Source: Verrucomicrobiales bacterium | Lineage (GTDB): Bacteria > Verrucomicrobiota > Verrucomicrobiia > Verrucomicrobiales > V1-33 | Assembly: GCA_031411295.1 (NCBI GenBank) | Contig: JANOAV010000157.1 | Span: 1-64,000 of the forward strand | Direction of reading: 5' to 3' | Length of the DNA stretch: 64,000 nucleotides | In this document: positions 47,701 through 56,929 of the stretch, one piece after another | Numbering within the stretch: position 1 is the first letter of the stretch | Layout: each line of letters starts with the position of its first letter | The notes under the pieces: model-generated | Database searches by the model: none | Told to the model about the DNA's origin: nothing | The model's input: only the letters and a program-made list of their open reading frames with translations | Made by a program: the position numbers and the translations under genes

Positions 47701-48299
47701 ATCAAGCCACTGCCCGAGCTGCTACCGTTATTGTTAAGCACCGCATTGACGATCAGATCTGCGGCCGCAGAGCTGGTAACATCGGCCACGTTGAAAGTCG
47801 TGTTGCCATTTGTGCCATGGCCCACGGAGACCGTTTCAAACCCATTAACCCCGCCCACTGCAATGGTGGAAACGGAGCTTCCGCCTACGGTTACAGTCCC
47901 CTTCAGCCCAAACGAGCCATAGGGATTGTTGACCCCACCATTTGCCAGCAGCGTGCCACCGTTCATGGTGAGATTCCACATGGTGTTGAAATTCCCGCCG
48001 CTCGCCAAAGTGCCACCACTGTTGATCGTGATCAGCGGTGAGGCGACAGTGCTCGCATCGCTAAACGTATCATTGCCGAAAAACGTCACCCTACCGGAAT
48101 TGATCGTGGCAGTGTCCGTGCTCAGCGTGGGGCCTGCTACCAGCCCTGGGTTCCAATGCAGGCTGTTCCAGAAATCCGTGCTACCATCCCAAATGTAATT
48201 GGTGGCGTGAGCCGTCGCTGGCAGCAACAGTAGCAGGGCCCAAAAGGGTTTGGACAATGCTGCTGCGGTGCCGCAACGAGATTTGAAGTGCTGGATCAT
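44739..48299 (-). CDS. Autotransporter-associated beta-strand repeat protein with PEP-CTERM tail
   Basis: Multiple L.K.G.GT..L...NTY.G.T....GTL repeats; ends VPEPG + TM + RRERRRR. Confidence 0.93.
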   Translation of the reverse strand: MIQHFKSRCGTAAALSKPFWALLLLLPATAHATNYIWDGSTDFWNSLHWNPGLVAGPTLSTDTATINSGRVTFFGNDTFSDASTVASPLITINSGGTLASGGNFNTMWNLTMNGGTLLANGGVNNPYGSFGLKGTVTVGGSSVSTIAVGGVNGFETVSVGHGTNGNTTFNVADVTSSAAADLIVNAVLNNNGSSSGSGLIKTGAGTMQLNAMNTYPGNTLVSGGTLDITSTGGLNATNLINTTNNGLLNISGNVTVANNGVFAIGSGNGTAGTVVVNSGAALNIGNGAGATVGATLIGGKIGAPGTAGSGTLTINGGAVNVAAAGTGASSLDGTRLWLNPYGGTGSVINLNGGTLTTARSIANGTGASTATVNFGGGTLRAGAAIELAFASLLTGNVLAGGAIIDTNTFNATLSVALLNGGGGGGLTKNGNGQLTLATNASTFTGNVVINSGSVLTSGSANTATPTATSLGNMTTVGKTITLAAGTSLTFGSSDTIGSTTSMPATIILNNATLSHGTFFNTLGNVTLNDGSTLTGGNGVNAGFQTFNLRGSVTVSGTGASFINTTGTTFTGVHLGVTGPNDFIVSSTGSAADLTVSVPLMDRPGGTGAGQLRKTGAGTMVLTAANTYTSSTLVNEGTLEVNAGSISGPGLIDIGAVGIGLANFKLTAGSVTAGGQFVVGAHGSTSTATHTAGALQVNGTIYLGGYAEGTGTGTYTQNGGTVTTTGGINFGGGGPNHGVYNLNGGTLTTPILSKNGSGTANFNFNGGTLVPTANSTTFLQGLTAATVQAGGGTVNTNGFNVTIAQALLNGGGGITKTGNGILTLSSNASTFIGNVNITGGTVALTAGLLGPATTTSALGNPTVARTITVGAGARLEFKQHDILGNDGANPQLNFVINGGTLAAVPGSQASGNGPFNILPSITLNGGTLTSANGAFPSVQSWSLKGDVIVSGSIPSMFNTTGTAALLNGSHLTKVGGVTFDVANVTGDAATDFSVSAPLIDRAQGGAGSLIKAGAGTMALEGLNTYTGATTINGGTLLLGVTNALPATAALNLSTGATLNTGGFSNNTGALSVNGVANIDTAAGTGTLTFTAVTAWSAMLNVWNYTGAPWTLGTDKITFTNVAGIDFNNVNFYSGPVGNTASLIGTGGGGLIGNELVPVPEPGAAAGGLVLLGVIARRERRRRLHSSR

Positions 48300-48414
48300 C
48301 TGCTTGAGGTGTGGAGAATATTAAACAATATATCTATAGCTCATGACAACCAATCACAATGGCTCATTCCCAACGGTTACCGATGAAAATCCACCAGCGC
48401 AGAGAACCTTGGCA

Positions 48415-49254
48415 TCACCGATTGGCGCGATATTCCTTTGGATTCATTCCCACCCAACGTTTGAACGCACGGGAGAAAACCAAGCCGTCAGAAAATCCGA
48501 CGCATTCAGCAATGACATCCAGCTTGTCGTTCGTCGTTTCCAGCAAGGTCTGCGCGTGTTGCATGCGCATGTAAGTCACTTGATGCATGGGGCTGCGGCC
48601 CATTTCCAGTTGGCAGCGTCGGCGCAAGTATTCTCCGCTGGCGTTGACGCATTTAGCCAAGCGCGACAGGGGCCAGGGTTCCGCCAATTTTCGCGCCACT
48701 TGATCCCACAGGGAAGCCAGTCGGTCATCTTTAGCGGTCGGTTGGGCGGCCCGCTGAGCGAAGGCTTGGATCAAACTCACCCAATGATGAATAATTTTAG
48801 GATCCTGGATGCCTGCCCACTCCGCCTTCAGCCCAGAGATACTCCGAGCCAATTCCTCCCCGCCAGCACTAGCACGCACCGGAGAAGCCGCCCCCACTAA
48901 CGATCTGACAAAATGCGGCTCCGTATAACGCAGCCAGGCAAAGCACCAGGGCTTGCCTGGCATGGCGTAAAATGCGTTCAACACCCGCGGCGGAGCCATG
49001 AACAGGCTGCCTGGACCCACGCGTTGCCATTTCCCATCCAATAGAATGCGCCCTTCGCCCGCCGTGGTCGCCAACAGAAAACTCCCGGCCGGCTGCATGC
49101 GAATGCGACGATACGGGGCCACCGCCTCCTCCAACCCCAACCGCGCCATCCGGTAGGAATTAAACTCCGCGCATTCATGATGCTCCAACACCCATCGCAC
49201 GGTTTTGGGACCGTCAATGGTGGTTTCACATAGGGGCGCGGATTCTGCTGACAT
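48415..49254 (-). CDS. AraC family transcriptional regulator
   Basis: N-terminal cupin-like region; C-terminal double HTH (GRSP...RM.HA..LL...IAECVGFSD..VFSRAFKRWVG.NP.EYR). Confidence 0.93.
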   Translation of the reverse strand: MSAESAPLCETTIDGPKTVRWVLEHHECAEFNSYRMARLGLEEAVAPYRRIRMQPAGSFLLATTAGEGRILLDGKWQRVGPGSLFMAPPRVLNAFYAMPGKPWCFAWLRYTEPHFVRSLVGAASPVRASAGGEELARSISGLKAEWAGIQDPKIIHHWVSLIQAFAQRAAQPTAKDDRLASLWDQVARKLAEPWPLSRLAKCVNASGEYLRRRCQLEMGRSPMHQVTYMRMQHAQTLLETTNDKLDVIAECVGFSDGLVFSRAFKRWVGMNPKEYRANR

Positions 49255-49338
49255 GGTGGACTTTTGAATCCGGAAGGTGCGTCATGCAAGCGATTGCAGC
49301 AGTCCAACGGAATGCTTCCACGTTCTAGTTGCGGCAGT

Positions 49339-50739
49339 TCACACGGCCAGGTCCTCGGCGGGATAAGTCCAGATCTCCGACAGGGTCGGATGATAATGGG
49401 GAATACGCGCCAAGTCTTGGGCAGTGCCGTGGTAATGCATGGCTACCGCGATTTCATGGATCAGGCTGGCAGCCTCAGGTCCAATCACCGCGCCACCAAG
49501 GATTTCTCCGGTGCTGGCGCGCGTGATCAACTTCACAAACCCTTCGGTTTCTCCCATCACTAGTGATTTCCCATGGTCATTGAAGGGATACGTGGCCACC
49601 CCAATCGCCTCTCCAGTGGCGCGTGCTTCCACCTCCGTTAGCCCCACTTGCGCCACTTCGGGTCGGGTGAAGAGGACGAACAATTTCAAACGATAATCCA
49701 TGTCTTCCAGGCCCTCATGCGCCTGGCGATGGGTGCGGAGGATGTTACGCACGGCCACTTCCGCCTGCTGAATGGCCAAATGCACGATCTCATAGGGACC
49801 ACAGACATCACCTGCGGCATAAATGTGCGGCACCGTGGTTTGTTGGGTGGGACGAACGGTCAGTTTCTCGTTGGCTAAGTCCATCCCCGTGGCCTCCAGT
49901 CCGAGATTGGAGAAATTCGGACTCCGACCTAACGCATGGAAAATTTCTTCCGCCTCGATCTCCTGCGCGTCACCCTTGACCGTAAATGATAATTTCTTGC
50001 CAGTTGCAGTGCCTGCAGCACTCCCCAGAGTCACTCCGGTGCGAATCGTGATCCCTTTAGCCTCCATCGCTTCGCGCAGACAGTTGGCTACGTCTGCATC
50101 CGAGCCCTTGAGGAGTTGGCCGCTGCGTTGCAGAATCGTGACCTTGGTGCCCAAGGCGCTAAAATAATGCGCAAATTCCAAGCCGATGGCACCTGCTCCC
50201 AGCATGATCAGGGACTTCGGTAGCTTAGCTAATTCAAGCGCGGTATCGCTATGCAAATAACCAATCTCCGCCAAGCCGGGCACCGGCGGAGGGTTCAACT
50301 TGCTGCCCGTGGCTAGGAGGAAATTTTGTCCTCGCAGACGGGTGATATCACCCTCTTGAGAAGTGACCTCCAAAGTGTGAGGATCAACGAACACACCTCG
50401 ACCACGCACAAAAGTAAACGGACCATTTTCAATCTGTCCTCTGCGATAATCCGCAAAGTCTGCCACATGGCGGCGTTTCCGCTCGACCAAGGTCGGCAAA
50501 TCCAATGCCACCTCCGAGGCCGTAATCCCGAACTCCGCAGCTTCATGCAGCAGTTGCAGACGGTTCGCCCCGGCCAGCAGCGCTTTGCTAGGCATGCAGC
50601 CGCGCAAAATACAGAGCCCACCCAGTTCGCTGGCTCCATCCACCAGCGCCACCCGCAGGCCAGAACGCGCGGCTAGGGCGGCTCCATTATAACCTGCGCT
50701 GCCGGCTCCGATGACGATAAGATCAAATTCAGTTTCCAT
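49339..50739 (-). CDS. Pyridine nucleotide-disulfide oxidoreductase, dihydrolipoamide dehydrogenase family
   Basis: GAGSAG, GGLCILRGCMPSK, ATGS, GAGAIGLE, IYAAGD, HPTLSE. Confidence 0.88.
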   Translation of the reverse strand: METEFDLIVIGAGSAGYNGAALAARSGLRVALVDGASELGGLCILRGCMPSKALLAGANRLQLLHEAAEFGITASEVALDLPTLVERKRRHVADFADYRRGQIENGPFTFVRGRGVFVDPHTLEVTSQEGDITRLRGQNFLLATGSKLNPPPVPGLAEIGYLHSDTALELAKLPKSLIMLGAGAIGLEFAHYFSALGTKVTILQRSGQLLKGSDADVANCLREAMEAKGITIRTGVTLGSAAGTATGKKLSFTVKGDAQEIEAEEIFHALGRSPNFSNLGLEATGMDLANEKLTVRPTQQTTVPHIYAAGDVCGPYEIVHLAIQQAEVAVRNILRTHRQAHEGLEDMDYRLKLFVLFTRPEVAQVGLTEVEARATGEAIGVATYPFNDHGKSLVMGETEGFVKLITRASTGEILGGAVIGPEAASLIHEIAVAMHYHGTAQDLARIPHYHPTLSEIWTYPAEDLAV

Positions 50740-50844
50740 GTGATCCGCAGCTTGCACGGCCCAGCGATCTTTGCATCTGAATTCGCTGGTGCCATTGCTC
50801 TGGTTTTCGGTTGGTGGGTTGCACCGAATCCCGTCAAGAGAGCC

Positions 50845-50967
50845 GTGGCATGGGCGTCCCGCCCATCAGCCCCTCCATGCAGGCGGCAGGCCTAGCGATT
50901 CCGTCCGTGCTAGGGAATTGCTAGTGAGCCGCCTACCCTGGGCTTACGGGCGAGACGCCCGTGCCAC
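50845..50967. repeat. REPIN-like element: two inverted REP copies forming a long hairpin
   Basis: GTGGCATGGGCGTCCCGCCCAT (50845-50866) and ACGGGCGAGACGCCCGTGCCAC (50946-50967) are inverted copies with 3 mismatches. The interior also pairs (AGCCC/GGGCT, AGGCGGC/GCCGCCT, CTAGCGATTCC/GGAATTGCTAG). Confidence 0.88.
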
Positions 50968-50993
50968 AGATGGAGGATTCCGAATATCCAACG

Positions 50994-53558
50994 TTACGGC
51001 AGCGGCACGGCACTGGCGGCTTTGTCCACCAGTTGGAGAAACTCACCGCGGTAACCTTCGGCATCTTCTCCTTTGCCAGCCTTGGCCATGGTGCGGATCA
51101 TTTCCCAGTTCAGGTTTCCCACTTGCTTGGAGCCTCGGAGCAACAAGCCGTAGCCAGCCACGGCGGTGGCGAATTGGAAGTCTCCAGGAGCACTGGCCAC
51201 GGCGGCGTTTTTGTCCATCACCGGGAGTTCCATGAGTTGGGAAACGTCGGCATCCGGGGCTTTGTAGCGCAGTTTCACCGTCATGATTTCCGGGCTGTCT
51301 GGCCGGGCGACTGGCTTATCTTCAGCCTTGGCCACTGGTTGATACTTCAGGGGATCGACTGGTGGGACCTCGGCAGGGGCATCGGTGGGCGTGATCTCAT
51401 AGAGCGCGGTCACGGTGTGGCCTGCGCCCATTTCGCCTGCATCCTTCTTGTCGTCATTGAAGTCTTCCTTCGCCAGCATCCGATTCTCATAGCCCAGAAG
51501 CTTGTAGCTGCGGACTTTGCCGGGGTTGAATTCAATCTGGATTTTCACATCCTTGGCCACCGTCACTAACGTGCTGGACATCTCCTCGGAGAGCACCTTG
51601 CGGGCTTCGCCCAGACTGTCTATGTAGGCGTAGTTGCCGTTACCTTTGTCCGCCAGGGTTTCCATGGTGCTGTCCTTGAGATTACCCATGCCATAGCCTA
51701 ACACACTGAGGAAGACTCCGGATTTGGCTTCTTTCTCGATCAAACTCTGCAGTCCCTCACGATCCGAGATGCCCACATTGAAATCGCCATCGGTGGCCAG
51801 GATGACGCGGTTCACGCCTTCCTTGAGAAACTCCTTCCGCGCCATTTCGTAAGCCAGCGTGATCCCGCCAGCACCATTGGTGGAGCCGCCGGGCTGGAGG
51901 TTATCGATGGCACCCAGGATTGCTTTCTTATTTTCGCCATGGGTTGGTGGCAGGACCACACCGGAGGCTCCGGCATAGACGACGATGGACACGCGGTCGT
52001 TCTCGGAGAGTTTATCCACCAGCAGTTTCAGGCTTTGTTTCACCAGCGGCAGCTTGTTAGGTTCGTTCATGGAGCCGGATACATCCAGCAGGAACACGAG
52101 GTTGGCCTTGGGCCGGGTTTCATCCACGCGGGCCTTGAGGGCCACTCGTGCCAACCGATGATATTCATTCCATGGACAGACCACCAGATCCGCCGTGAGC
52201 GAGCAAGGTTTCCCCGCTTCTGGGGCGGGATAGGCATAGCGGAAATAGTTCACCAATTCTTCCACGCGCACCGCTTCGCCCGGTGGCCGTTGCCCCATGT
52301 TCAGGAAACGTCGCACGTTGGCGTAGGAGGCCGTATCCACGTCGATGGAGAAGGTGGAGAGAGGTTCTGCGGCCACTTGCTTGAAGGGATTCTCCGGCGG
52401 GGCGATGTAGGATTCCGAGCCGGGCTGAGCAGGCTGTAGCCCGGGTTTGGGTTGGACGCGATAGCGGAGTTCATCAGTTGATCTATATAGGTCAGCACTA
52501 TAATCCCTGGCTTCCTTGTTTCGGGTTGATTCAGCTTCCAAGGATAGCGTGCCTGTGACCACTCCAGCACGCCCAAGCCCACGGCCATCCCCCTCCATCT
52601 CTGCATCCAATAGCGATGCCTTCGCCTTGGCCAATGGTTGATTTTGCGCGATAGTCCCGCCGTCGGCAGGTTTACCGGGCATCGCTCCAGAATAAGTCGC
52701 GAGGGGTCTCGCTACAGCGAAAGGCGTGGGCGCAGCCGTGGCCACTTCCGGGGTTGGTTGCGATTCGCTCATTCGCTCTGCTGGCTTACCACCAGCTGGG
52801 GGAGCGTCTGATAGCAGGCTACCCTCAACCGCGAGGCCTTTTTCCCGCCTGCCTCTTGGTGAATCGCTAGTCGGGGCGGTGGCTACCATGGGACCAGAAA
52901 TTGGTGCCGCGGCGGCATCGGCTTTCTTGGCGTCGGTTGCATATAAACTCGCTGCTGCGGCTGTCAATGGGGCCGGGGCCACCGCATCAACTTCCTCCAA
53001 CTTTTTCTCTGCGATTTGATTCCCGAGCTTCGCAATCGCGGTATCGCCACTGGTGCGGGCTGCAGGCAACGGCATCACCGAACGTGCCATCCGATCCTCG
53101 GAAGGCGCAGCTGCCTTGGACCTCGTTTCAGGGTTATCCGTCGCAACCTGACTGCCGCGCCCGCCACCACCGCCTGGGAGAAACTCTCCTGGAGTAGTGC
53201 TCGATTCCACCGCCACCTCGCTATGCTTCCCAGGGGCATACGGCCAGATCAACCATGCCGCTACCGCTGCGGCCGCTCCGGCACCTGCCCAGAGGGGCCA
53301 GCGGAATTTGTGCACCACGTTAGCAGGTGGTAAATTTTCAGCGATGACTTGCTTTTGCTCCGCGCTTAGCCCGGCTCCGCCCTTGGCTTCGGGCGTGGCC
53401 AGTGTGGTGCTGAGCAGTTCACAGAAGGCACGGGTTTCCTCGGCGGTGGCCGCTTCCGCTGGGGATTCCGCGAGGAGGAGGGACAGTTCGTCGGCCGCAT
53501 CCGGCGGCAATTCGTTCAAGGCGTAGGCCGTGAGGTCTGAAGGAGAAATGGATTTCAT
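50994..53558 (-). CDS. Putative anti-sigma factor fused to a YfbK-like vWA / DUF3520 domain
   Basis: N-terminal LTAYALNEL anti-sigma-like helix, one TM segment, Ala/Pro linker, STFSIDVDTASY, MIDAS DVSGS, LATDGDFNVG, GYENR.L..EDF.DD..DAGE.GAGH.VTALYEI. Confidence 0.9.
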   Translation of the reverse strand: MKSISPSDLTAYALNELPPDAADELSLLLAESPAEAATAEETRAFCELLSTTLATPEAKGGAGLSAEQKQVIAENLPPANVVHKFRWPLWAGAGAAAAVAAWLIWPYAPGKHSEVAVESSTTPGEFLPGGGGGRGSQVATDNPETRSKAAAPSEDRMARSVMPLPAARTSGDTAIAKLGNQIAEKKLEEVDAVAPAPLTAAAASLYATDAKKADAAAAPISGPMVATAPTSDSPRGRREKGLAVEGSLLSDAPPAGGKPAERMSESQPTPEVATAAPTPFAVARPLATYSGAMPGKPADGGTIAQNQPLAKAKASLLDAEMEGDGRGLGRAGVVTGTLSLEAESTRNKEARDYSADLYRSTDELRYRVQPKPGLQPAQPGSESYIAPPENPFKQVAAEPLSTFSIDVDTASYANVRRFLNMGQRPPGEAVRVEELVNYFRYAYPAPEAGKPCSLTADLVVCPWNEYHRLARVALKARVDETRPKANLVFLLDVSGSMNEPNKLPLVKQSLKLLVDKLSENDRVSIVVYAGASGVVLPPTHGENKKAILGAIDNLQPGGSTNGAGGITLAYEMARKEFLKEGVNRVILATDGDFNVGISDREGLQSLIEKEAKSGVFLSVLGYGMGNLKDSTMETLADKGNGNYAYIDSLGEARKVLSEEMSSTLVTVAKDVKIQIEFNPGKVRSYKLLGYENRMLAKEDFNDDKKDAGEMGAGHTVTALYEITPTDAPAEVPPVDPLKYQPVAKAEDKPVARPDSPEIMTVKLRYKAPDADVSQLMELPVMDKNAAVASAPGDFQFATAVAGYGLLLRGSKQVGNLNWEMIRTMAKAGKGEDAEGYRGEFLQLVDKAASAVPLP

Positions 53559-53608
53559 ATTGAAATAAGAGAGTTAGAAAATAAAAAAGTTAGAAAACGA
53601 GAAGCTAG

Positions 53609-54151
53609 TTAGGCTTGGGCGGCTTCGTAGGAGCTGCGCAGGGCCGCTACGGCGGTGTGGATGAGCCAGCCGACGGTGCCGACGGTGTGGCCCGTGGCGG
53701 CGGCTATTTCCTTGTAGGAGAGGCCGGCTTCGAATTTGAGCTTGATCACCGCCTGCTGGTCCGGCGGGAGGTGAGTGACCAAGGAGCGAATCTGGGAGGC
53801 AGTGTCCTTAGCCTCCAGCGCGGAATCCGGGGCGGCGGCAGGTTCCGGCAGAGCTTCTAACATGAGGGTATCCATGGGAGTGAGACGTTTGTTTTTGCGC
53901 TGCCAATCAATAATGCGATGGCGGCAGGTGGTGAAAAGCCAGGCGGCTAAATTTTCTACATCCCCATCCCGTGGCGGCTTGCCGGACTTGGTGAGGCGCA
54001 GAAAGGTGTCCTGCACGGCATCCCGCGCCTGTTCCCAGTCTCCACATAAATTGTGCGCAAAGCGAATGAGCGGTCGCTCAAAGCGCTCCAGGGCCGCAAG
54101 GACCCAGTGCGTGGCAAGATTGGTAGATTCAGTAGGTGGCAGGCTTGACAT
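53609..54151 (-). CDS. ECF-type RNA polymerase sigma-70 factor
   Basis: ARDAVQDTFLRL, AWLF..CR..IID, LP..QQ.VI.LKF..GLSYKEIA. Confidence 0.93.
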   Translation of the reverse strand: MSSLPPTESTNLATHWVLAALERFERPLIRFAHNLCGDWEQARDAVQDTFLRLTKSGKPPRDGDVENLAAWLFTTCRHRIIDWQRKNKRLTPMDTLMLEALPEPAAAPDSALEAKDTASQIRSLVTHLPPDQQAVIKLKFEAGLSYKEIAAATGHTVGTVGWLIHTAVAALRSSYEAAQA

Positions 54152-54468
54152 GTTGATGTGCAGTTATCAGGTCAAACGCGCCAACGAAAGCTTTCTTGGA
54201 AAATAATTGGGAAATTTTTGGAGCCCGAAACTAATGGGGACCGGGGCACAATCCTGTCCGTTTTCATCCCGCTCTGATTGCCGCTGTTAACTCCAGTTCA
54301 AGAATCGGGATCAGGAATCAGGCACAAATGCTGGACGGAAGTGGACTGATGGGCTAGATTTACGGCAATAACCACCCCGCCATGAGCAACTCCATTCACG
54401 ACACTGACCTGCCGGGCACGGGTTTTCCTTTGCTTGCTTTTATCATATTCATTTACAGTGCAAAATTT

Positions 54469-55173
54469 ATGCGATACAAATTCTTCATGCGACAAGCGAA
54501 AGCATTTTTACATTTACTTCTCATTCCAATATGCTTGACGTCGGCATTTTCCTCCGAACGACCAACGTTTACACAAGAGTTCGAGAGGCACCTGCGTCTT
54601 GCTGATCAGCACGATGGGACCAAAGTTGGTTATGCCGCCGCGATGGACGTTTTGGTGAACTGGGCAAACCAACAGCCTGCTGCGTCCCATGCGAAGTATA
54701 CCAAATCTTTAGCAAACACACCTTGGTTGCAATTGACTAAAATGCAACGCCGGGCATTCGTTTTCTACGTCTACGACTGGGGGGGAAATCATCTTGCAGC
54801 TCCAGTTCTAGCGTCGTTGATCGCCAAGGGATTTAGCCGCTATTACACACAGGCACCATATCTCTATTTGTTGGCGATATTTCGTGACGTAGAAAGTGTT
54901 CTCATTCTGCAAACCGCACTTTTGCAAACGACAGACAAAAGCATAGAATCGCACTTACTGTTGGAGTTGATAAACGGAATCGGCCCTGATGCGGTTGGCC
55001 TTACTTCGGAGAAGGCTGCAGCACTTGCTAAAACAGGGATAACGGGTCAGGCCAAAGTCCGCTGTTGCCAGAAAATGCGAGATTGGGTCAAAATCAATCA
55101 AGGTCAAGTCGAACGAAATGATGCCTACGCAGGACCGAGGAAAGAGGGCACATTATTTAAACCAAAGCCATGA
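54469..55173 (+). CDS. Hypothetical exported protein (first ORF of accessory island)
   Basis: Long ORF, AT-richer than flanks, signal-like N-terminus. Start uncertain (54382, 54469 or 54487). Confidence 0.6.
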   Translation: MRYKFFMRQAKAFLHLLLIPICLTSAFSSERPTFTQEFERHLRLADQHDGTKVGYAAAMDVLVNWANQQPAASHAKYTKSLANTPWLQLTKMQRRAFVFYVYDWGGNHLAAPVLASLIAKGFSRYYTQAPYLYLLAIFRDVESVLILQTALLQTTDKSIESHLLLELINGIGPDAVGLTSEKAAALAKTGITGQAKVRCCQKMRDWVKINQGQVERNDAYAGPRKEGTLFKPKP

Positions 55174-55447
55174 GCCAATCGCAGCGCCAGACTAGGTGTT
55201 TGACGAATTATGAGACAAGTTGACGAATTATGGGACACCGCTCTGTCTCATCGGTGCTTTCATGGGGATTCTCCTGGTGTTAGGCGAGCTACGAATGCTG
55301 TGCCCGTTCTGCGGCAAGAGTGGTCGTGTCGGCGGGAACAAGCACGATGGGATGTGGATGGAGTGCGAGTCATGCGGCTTTATTCACGGCAGCGGCCCGT
55401 TGCCACTGAAGCTTGTGCGAGAAGAAATTGACGATGACGAAACCTAG
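55170..55447 (+). pseudogene. Small membrane Zn-ribbon protein disrupted by a 20-bp tandem duplication
   Basis: ATG 55170 overlaps the upstream stop. The duplication TTGACGAATTATG(A/G)GACA at 55200 and 55220 shifts the frame. The distal frame has a hydrophobic segment, CPFC and CESC. Confidence 0.6.
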
Positions 55448-55632
55448 CAAATTAAGCTATCATTTGGCGATAGCCCGCCTTTCGTTCGATTTGCAAGGCT
55501 CTCCGCGTTCTCTGCGGTAAATTGTTGACCATCACGCGCATCTGCGGCTAAAATCCGGCAAAGTTCATCTATGAAATCACTACCCCGCGCAACAACTTGC
55601 CTATAAAGAAGCTCGGCAACAATCGACACTTC

Positions 55633-55655
55633 TGTCGGTGATCAACTAGTTCGCC
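55633..55655 (+). other. Right half of a degenerate attC-like site
   Basis: GTCGGTGATCAACTA-GTTCGCC ends 5 nt before ATG 55661; GTT core placed like an attC R' box. Confidence 0.5.
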
Positions 55656-55660
55656 CAACT

Positions 55661-56274
55661 ATGAAACGCATCGCCATCATCATCCTAGCTTTCGCCTTCT
55701 CTAGTTGCTCAGTTCCGGTTGTCGAGAAGTCATCCGAACCAGTCATTGCCGGGGATTCCACCGTCGAGGTCGCCCGGCTTTCTCTACCAGAGAGAGCGGT
55801 GATTCAAGCTGTGCTTGAGCATGAGGCACAGGGACATAAGGAATCGAGTGCGGTCATCATTTGTCGTCTACTTCGTCCGCAGGCTTGCTCATGGACTGTC
55901 TTGGCGATGATGATGCATCAGATCAGATAGATGTTTCTGCGATTCGTAGCTTCACACAGGCGAACCGCCGTGGTTATCGGTGGCCACACGACTTGGGCAG
56001 CAGGTATGACCTTCACTTTCTAACTCCTGAGCAGTCGAAAGAGATTTTGAGGGATCAAGATGGCTGGGATCGGTTTTATCGTTTGTTCCCGAAGGCCCAC
56101 GGACACACCACAATTTCTCGGGCTGGGTTCTCCTCTGACGGTCGAGTTGCCTTGGTCTATCGAGGCTGTCAGAGCGAGTGGTTAGCAGGGAGCGGACAGA
56201 TCTATGTATTGCGCCTTGAGCGTGGCAGATGGAAGGTCACTCATGAGCATGTTGGAGGCATGTGGGTGTCATGA
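55661..56274 (+). pseudogene. Putative lipoprotein split by a single-base frameshift near 55860
   Basis: MKRIAIIILAFAFSSC lipobox-like start; one extra T in ATCATTTGTCG would join the 89-aa and 137-aa ORFs. Could be a sequencing error. Confidence 0.7.
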
Positions 56275-56296
56275 GCGGCACACATTTACAAACAAG

Positions 56297-56385
56297 GACG
56301 AATGCTTCGGATGCAGGCAGCGGCTCGTATGGCATCTGTCGCAGAAATGTCAGGCGCTCCCCTTGGGCCAAGTAGAATGTTAGTC
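56297..56385 (+). other. Degenerate attC-like site
   Basis: GACGAAT (56297) imperfectly pairs with GTTAGTC (56379-56385), which lies 1 nt before ATG 56387. Confidence 0.45.
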
Positions 56386-56386
56386 T

Positions 56387-56908
56387 ATGAATTCTGAACT
56401 GCTACGCATCACTTCCGAATCGAATACCAAGTCAGCTTACTTGTCGGCGTTTGGTTGCGCTGCTGCGTCAATCGGGTTCCTATCGGTAGCATTTTTCCCT
56501 GAGCATAACGATGCGGGCGTGGGACTAGTTGCCGGCATCGTCGGAGTTCTCCTTATTGCTGTTTTCCTTGACATACTCTACGGGCTGGTTTTCCCATTTC
56601 AGAGCGAATTTGTGATCGAAACCCATGCCCTCCGACATGGCCTTGTTGCTCAGCGCTTGCGCCAGCGTCTAGTTCGTCGATCTGAGATCAAATGTTTGAT
56701 CCTGGATGACGGCCCAGATGAGTCGCTCTGCATGAATATCGGCAAATCGTTGTCACCTCCCCTAACTCCGGGAATCCTTAGCCGGGCAGACCTAATGGTG
56801 GAGGTAGCCAAAGCGATCCGACTCAATTGGCCAGAAGTCCCAGTTTACAACCGGGAGGAATATCAGAATTTGTGTCGAGCTAAGCTTAACCGCACACCAA
56901 GAACTTAA
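56387..56908 (+). CDS. Hypothetical membrane protein (two TM segments), cassette-like
   Basis: 173-aa ORF with two N-terminal hydrophobic helices, bounded by attC-like sites. Confidence 0.7.
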   Translation: MNSELLRITSESNTKSAYLSAFGCAAASIGFLSVAFFPEHNDAGVGLVAGIVGVLLIAVFLDILYGLVFPFQSEFVIETHALRHGLVAQRLRQRLVRRSEIKCLILDDGPDESLCMNIGKSLSPPLTPGILSRADLMVEVAKAIRLNWPEVPVYNREEYQNLCRAKLNRTPRT

Positions 56909-56929
56909 CGACGCATCTTCAATCACCTA

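Noticed and set aside
49339..50739. Mercuric reductase MerA, or the E3 partner of sucA
   Set aside because: No C-terminal Cys-Cys pair or mer genes; not adjacent to sucA, so left at family level.
54152..54468. Integron integrase or attI site upstream of the cassette-like ORFs
   Set aside because: No tyrosine recombinase ORF or motifs seen; attI cannot be identified by eye.
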